Assembly: GCA_051003155.1 (NCBI GenBank)
Contig: JBPCLO010000026.1
Span: 196,747 to 260,746, forward strand
DNA: 64,000 nucleotides
From: Fimbriimonadales bacterium
GTDB taxonomy: Bacteria > Armatimonadota > Fimbriimonadia > Fimbriimonadales > ATM1
Reading direction: 5' to 3'
Part shown: piece after piece, positions 60,651 to 64,000 of the stretch
Layout: each line of letters opens with the position of its first letter
Position numbering within the stretch: position 1 is the first letter of the stretch
Program-made: the position numbers and the translations under genes
The notes under the pieces: model-generated
The model's input: the letters and a program-made list of their open reading frames with translations, nothing else
What the model was told of the DNA's origin: nothing
The model's database searches: none

Positions 60651-61497
60651 CCACGCAAGGGCCACTCCTAGTCGTAGACGGTGACAACCTAGCCCACCGC
60701 GCGTACCACACGACGCCGAAAACGGTTTTGGGCGCCGACGGCAAACCGATCAACGCGATCATCGGGTTCTTCGGCATGCTGCTTAGGGTTTGGGAAGAGG
60801 AAAAGCCCCGTGGAGTGTTCGTCGCCTGGGACACGCTCGGCGTCGACACGTACCGCAACAAATTGTGGCCGCCGTACCAGACGGGACGTGTGTTTGACGG
60901 CGAAATCGTGCAGCAGCTCGACATCTTCCCCGCCCTATGCCGGGAGTTTGGCTTCGGTGTCTGCAAGAGCGCCGGCTACGAGGCCGACGATCTGATGGCA
61001 GCGGCCGCTTGCCGAGAGGTTGCAGACGGCGGTACCTGCCTGCTCTACACGACGGACCGCGACGCGTATCAACTCGTTTCACAGCACGTGACGATCTTGG
61101 CGCCGAGGCCGCGAACGCGCGAACTCGATCGCATCGGGCCGCTGCAAGTCGTCGAAAGATTGGGCGTGTTGCCGGAACAGGTGCCCGACTTCAAGGCGCT
61201 CAGCGGCGACCCGTCGGACAAGATTCCGGGCGCCCGAGGAGTCGGCCCGAAGTCCGCCGCCACTCTACTGCTGAGCACGGCTCGCTCGAGTCCGCGATCG
61301 CAGGCTGGGTTACCAAAGATGCCGAACTCGTGCTCATGTTCCGCGAGGTTGTGCGCATGCGCCCCGACGTCCCCGTCGAATTGCCCTACGATCCACCGGA
61401 CTGGCCCGCCGGCTCGGAAGCGCTGCGGCTGCTGGGCGCGAACGCGCTGGCGGAACGCGTCGCCGCGGTGGCCGATGGCGCGGCTAAGTTGTTTTGA
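60647..61497 (+). CDS. Stand-alone 5'-3' exonuclease/flap endonuclease (PolI N-terminal type), one frameshift ~61272 (likely error)
   Basis: VVDGDNLAHRAYH, EADD, DRD and GDPSDKIPGARGVGPK; continues HGSLE in a second frame. Confidence 0.85.
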
Positions 61498-61708
61498 CTG
61501 CCGCCGCGATTGGAAGCGTGCCATGCTCCCCGAGACCGCTGCGGCCGATGGGCCGTATGAGCCCCTGAGCCTCGACGGCGAGGAGATGATTCGAGCCGCC
61601 CCGGAAGTGCTCGACTTTGAGTCCACCTTGAACACTATAAAAGGGGACACCGGTTACGAGCCGCGAGAATATCGAGGGTGAACCGAACGTATGCAGCTGG
61701 CCGTGGGG

Positions 61709-61869
61709 AACGGCCGAATGGCGGTCGATAGAACATGGCCACCCATGGCGAAAGCATCCGCAAGCACTTTCTCTCGCATCTGTCGCGAGAAGAGATCGAG
61801 GTCCTGGCCACGAGCATCGCCAAGGTTCGCCGGGCGGTCCGAAAGCCAGAGGGTGGCGCCTCGCGGTGA
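61709..61869 (+). pseudogene. MarR-like C-terminal fragment
   Basis: GRMAVDRTW, frameshift, THGESIRKHFLSHLSREEIEVLATSIAKV. Confidence 0.5.
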
Positions 61870-61948
61870 TTCCCTTCCTGTCAAGGTGCTTGGCGAGCGG
61901 TCAAACACTATCCTTGGCACCCAACTACTGCTCCGGCCAACCCAGCCG

Positions 61949-62017
61949 CCGCCCGAATGGCAAGCCAGCTCGGAGGCCTTGCGACTCCTGGGCGCGAACA
62001 ACCTGGCCGACCCCCTC
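61949..62017 (+). repeat. Diverged second copy of the exonuclease 3' end (61393-61461)
   Basis: PPEWQASSEALRLLGANNLAD versus PPDWPAGSEALRLLGANALAE. Confidence 0.75.
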
Positions 62018-62344
62018 ACCGACATCATAAACCAATTGACCGCGCGCGCCGGGCATCTGGGCGACCGTCCCGCTGCCTTGCCGGTCTACGGCGATGCCCG
62101 ATCCAGGGTGCGCGAGGACGGCCGTAAAGACGAGACACGTCGCGGCGAAAGCTTGAACTGATCTGCGCAGGAACTGCATCATTGGGCTTTTTCCGGTTCA
62201 CAGAGCCGGGCGACTAGGGCAAAGGAGACGGAGGAATTCATTGACGCAAGGAGTAAACATCTCGGCGGCTTCGTTTGGCCAACAAGCAACTCTGCGACAA
62301 TCTGTCACCGTTGCATTCGTCCTTAACCCAACAGGAGATTAACG

Positions 62345-62890
62345 ATGGAGTTTCTATCAGCATTGTGGCTTCCCATTCTCGTTTCGGCGGCGCTCGTTTG
62401 GGTGGCGAGTTTCCTTTGCCACATGGTGCTGCCGAATCACAAGGGCGAGTGGATGGGCCTGCCCGCCGAGGGCCGGGCCCTCGATGCGCTTGCCGGGGTC
62501 GCGCCCGGAAACTACATGATTCCGTGGGGCACGATGGCGGACATGAAAGATCGGGCGTTCGTCGAAAAGATGAAACGCGGACCTAACGGCACTCTGGTCA
62601 TCTGGCCGGGGCCTGCGGACATGGGCCGCAACTTGATACTTACGCTTATCGCATACATCGTGATCGGGATATTCGTGGCGTATGTCGCCTGGCATACTTT
62701 CCTGGGGGAGAATCCAACCTATCTCGAGGTCTTCCGGATAGCAGGCGCGTCCGCGTTCATGGCGCACGGCCTCGCTCTGATTCCGCATTCGATCTGGTAC
62801 CGCGGGATGCGGCTTTGGTCGGTGCTGATGGACGCGATCATCTATGCGCTCGTCACCGCCGGCACGTTCGGGTGGCTCTGGCCCACTTAA
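62345..62890 (+). CDS. Conserved-type hypothetical membrane protein
   Basis: AGGAG RBS; LWLPILVSA...PGNYMIP...TFGWLWP; about 4 TM segments. Confidence 0.85.
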   Translation: MEFLSALWLPILVSAALVWVASFLCHMVLPNHKGEWMGLPAEGRALDALAGVAPGNYMIPWGTMADMKDRAFVEKMKRGPNGTLVIWPGPADMGRNLILTLIAYIVIGIFVAYVAWHTFLGENPTYLEVFRIAGASAFMAHGLALIPHSIWYRGMRLWSVLMDAIIYALVTAGTFGWLWPT

Positions 62891-62924
62891 CCCGATCTTT
62901 GCGAAGCTGGAATACACTTCGACA

Positions 62925-63479
62925 ATGAAACAGCAATCGCCCGAGGATCGCGCCGTCCGTCAGAACGAGATCGCCGGCGTCGTTCAGCGCAACATCCGCG
63001 ACCTCTACGAGCATCGCGAGAAGCACAAGGCCAAGCTAACCACCTATGAGCTCATTGCCAATCGGATCGCCGAGTACTGCGGCAGCGCCCAATTCGTCGT
63101 CGGGAATGCCCTGTTCTTCCTCATCTGGATCCTGATCAATGTGGGTTGGTTCGGCCTCCGGCCCTTCGACCCCTTCCCGTTCGGCCTGCTCACGACGATC
63201 GTTTCGCTGGAGGCCATCTTTCTTTCGCTCTTCGTGCTGCTCAGCCAGAACCGGATGCAAAAGCTCAGCGACCAGCAGAGCGAGCTCGACGTGCAGGTCA
63301 GTCTCCTGGCCGAGCACGAGCTAACCCGGGTCCTCGTCGCCGTCGACCTTATCGCCGAGAAGCTCGGGATCGACCTGCCCGAGGACGACGAGAGGGACGA
63401 GTTGGAAAGCGACACCGCCCCCCAGGCGATGCTCGAAGAGATCGAGCGCAAGCAGGAGGAGCAGGACAAATCCGGATGA
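62925..63479 (+). CDS. DUF1003 membrane protein
   Basis: FDPFPFGLLTTIVSLEAIFLSLFVLLSQNR. Confidence 0.92.
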   Translation: MKQQSPEDRAVRQNEIAGVVQRNIRDLYEHREKHKAKLTTYELIANRIAEYCGSAQFVVGNALFFLIWILINVGWFGLRPFDPFPFGLLTTIVSLEAIFLSLFVLLSQNRMQKLSDQQSELDVQVSLLAEHELTRVLVAVDLIAEKLGIDLPEDDERDELESDTAPQAMLEEIERKQEEQDKSG

Positions 63480-63874
63480 GATTGGAATACGACGAAGAAC
63501 GCGACGTGATGAAAAGCATCCTCAGTGACAAACCGATCGTGAACACCGAGGAGTTCACCCTCGGCTCTGTCCGGTATGTCGGCCACCTTGACGCCGAGGA
63601 TAACCCCGTCGCATTCGAAGTCCACGGGTATTCGAAGCGAGAGGAAGCGACCCGCTCCGAATATAAGGCCGACCCGCAGGCAGAAGACGAGATGGGCTCC
63701 CTAGAGTGGTCGGTTACGGACTGCAAGACATCCGAACTCTTGGCCGAGGGCACAATGACTCCCTGCTTGAAAGACGTCACTATCGAGATTGTCGAGGTCC
63801 CGTCCAGGCGGTCGTCGACAACGCGGTTCCCACTGACTGATCACTTTACATTCGGGCTAGCCAGCGCCTGGTAA
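63476..63874 (+). CDS. DUF2283-like hypothetical protein, possibly chimeric or truncated by the IS
   Basis: MRLEYDEERDVM...HLDAEDNPVAFEV. Its stop abuts the IS end. Confidence 0.5.
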   Translation: MRLEYDEERDVMKSILSDKPIVNTEEFTLGSVRYVGHLDAEDNPVAFEVHGYSKREEATRSEYKADPQAEDEMGSLEWSVTDCKTSELLAEGTMTPCLKDVTIEIVEVPSRRSSTTRFPLTDHFTFGLASAW

Positions 63875-64000
63875 TGACTGGTACCCCATAATCTGACCAC
63901 CCCTGAGTTTTAGTTTCCGTCTCAAGAAACAAGGAGACGCGAAAATGAACAGAGGAAAACGCTACAGCGAGGACCAGATCATAAGGGTTCTCAAGGAGAT
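63875..64000 (+). mobile_element. Left end of an IS3-family insertion sequence (orfA starts 63945 and runs off the window)
   Basis: TG-initiated end TGACTGGTACCCCATAATCTGACCACC, AAGGAG RBS and MNRGKRYSEDQIIRVLKE (HTH_Tnp_1-type start). Confidence 0.8.

Noticed and set aside
61476..62161. Possible read-through across the TGA at 61679 joining two same-frame ORFs
   Set aside because: The joined product is not protein-like. The region is better explained as MarR and exonuclease fragments in different frames.

Overview
A 64-kb, GC-rich bacterial chromosome segment. Gene content and style (PEP-CTERM proteins, many exported proteins, many apparently leaderless genes) suggest Armatimonadota/Fimbriimonadia; this is an inference. 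Bases 1-51.8 kb are mostly core genes: ispH, aroC, surE, aspartokinase, DAHP synthase, rpsL-rpsG, relA-dtd, kdsB, tricorn protease, ftsZ, a TetR-TolC-RND operon, mrp, trmFO, pyrF, mutY, metX, tRNA-Leu(CAG) and tRNA-Glu(CTC). Small accessory inserts lie among them: a PEP-CTERM locus in front of aroC, tandem lipoproteins and a decayed RHS locus. Downstream of tRNA-Glu is an accessory mosaic of whole genes and gene fragments, ending in the left end of an IS3-family element. The most notable signals are two genes that the ORF track splits at an in-frame TGA followed by a SECIS-like hairpin. One is an exported LolA-like/thioredoxin fusion with a W-U-G-Y-C active site (5077-6063, minus), which is a strong selenoprotein candidate. 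The other is a zinc-finger/HNH-fold protein whose catalytic His is replaced by Asn and which has TGA inside the HNH motif (58743-59417, plus), a candidate unusual selenoprotein. Several single-base frameshifts at short homopolymers suggest sequencing error, so every disruption needs read-level confirmation.
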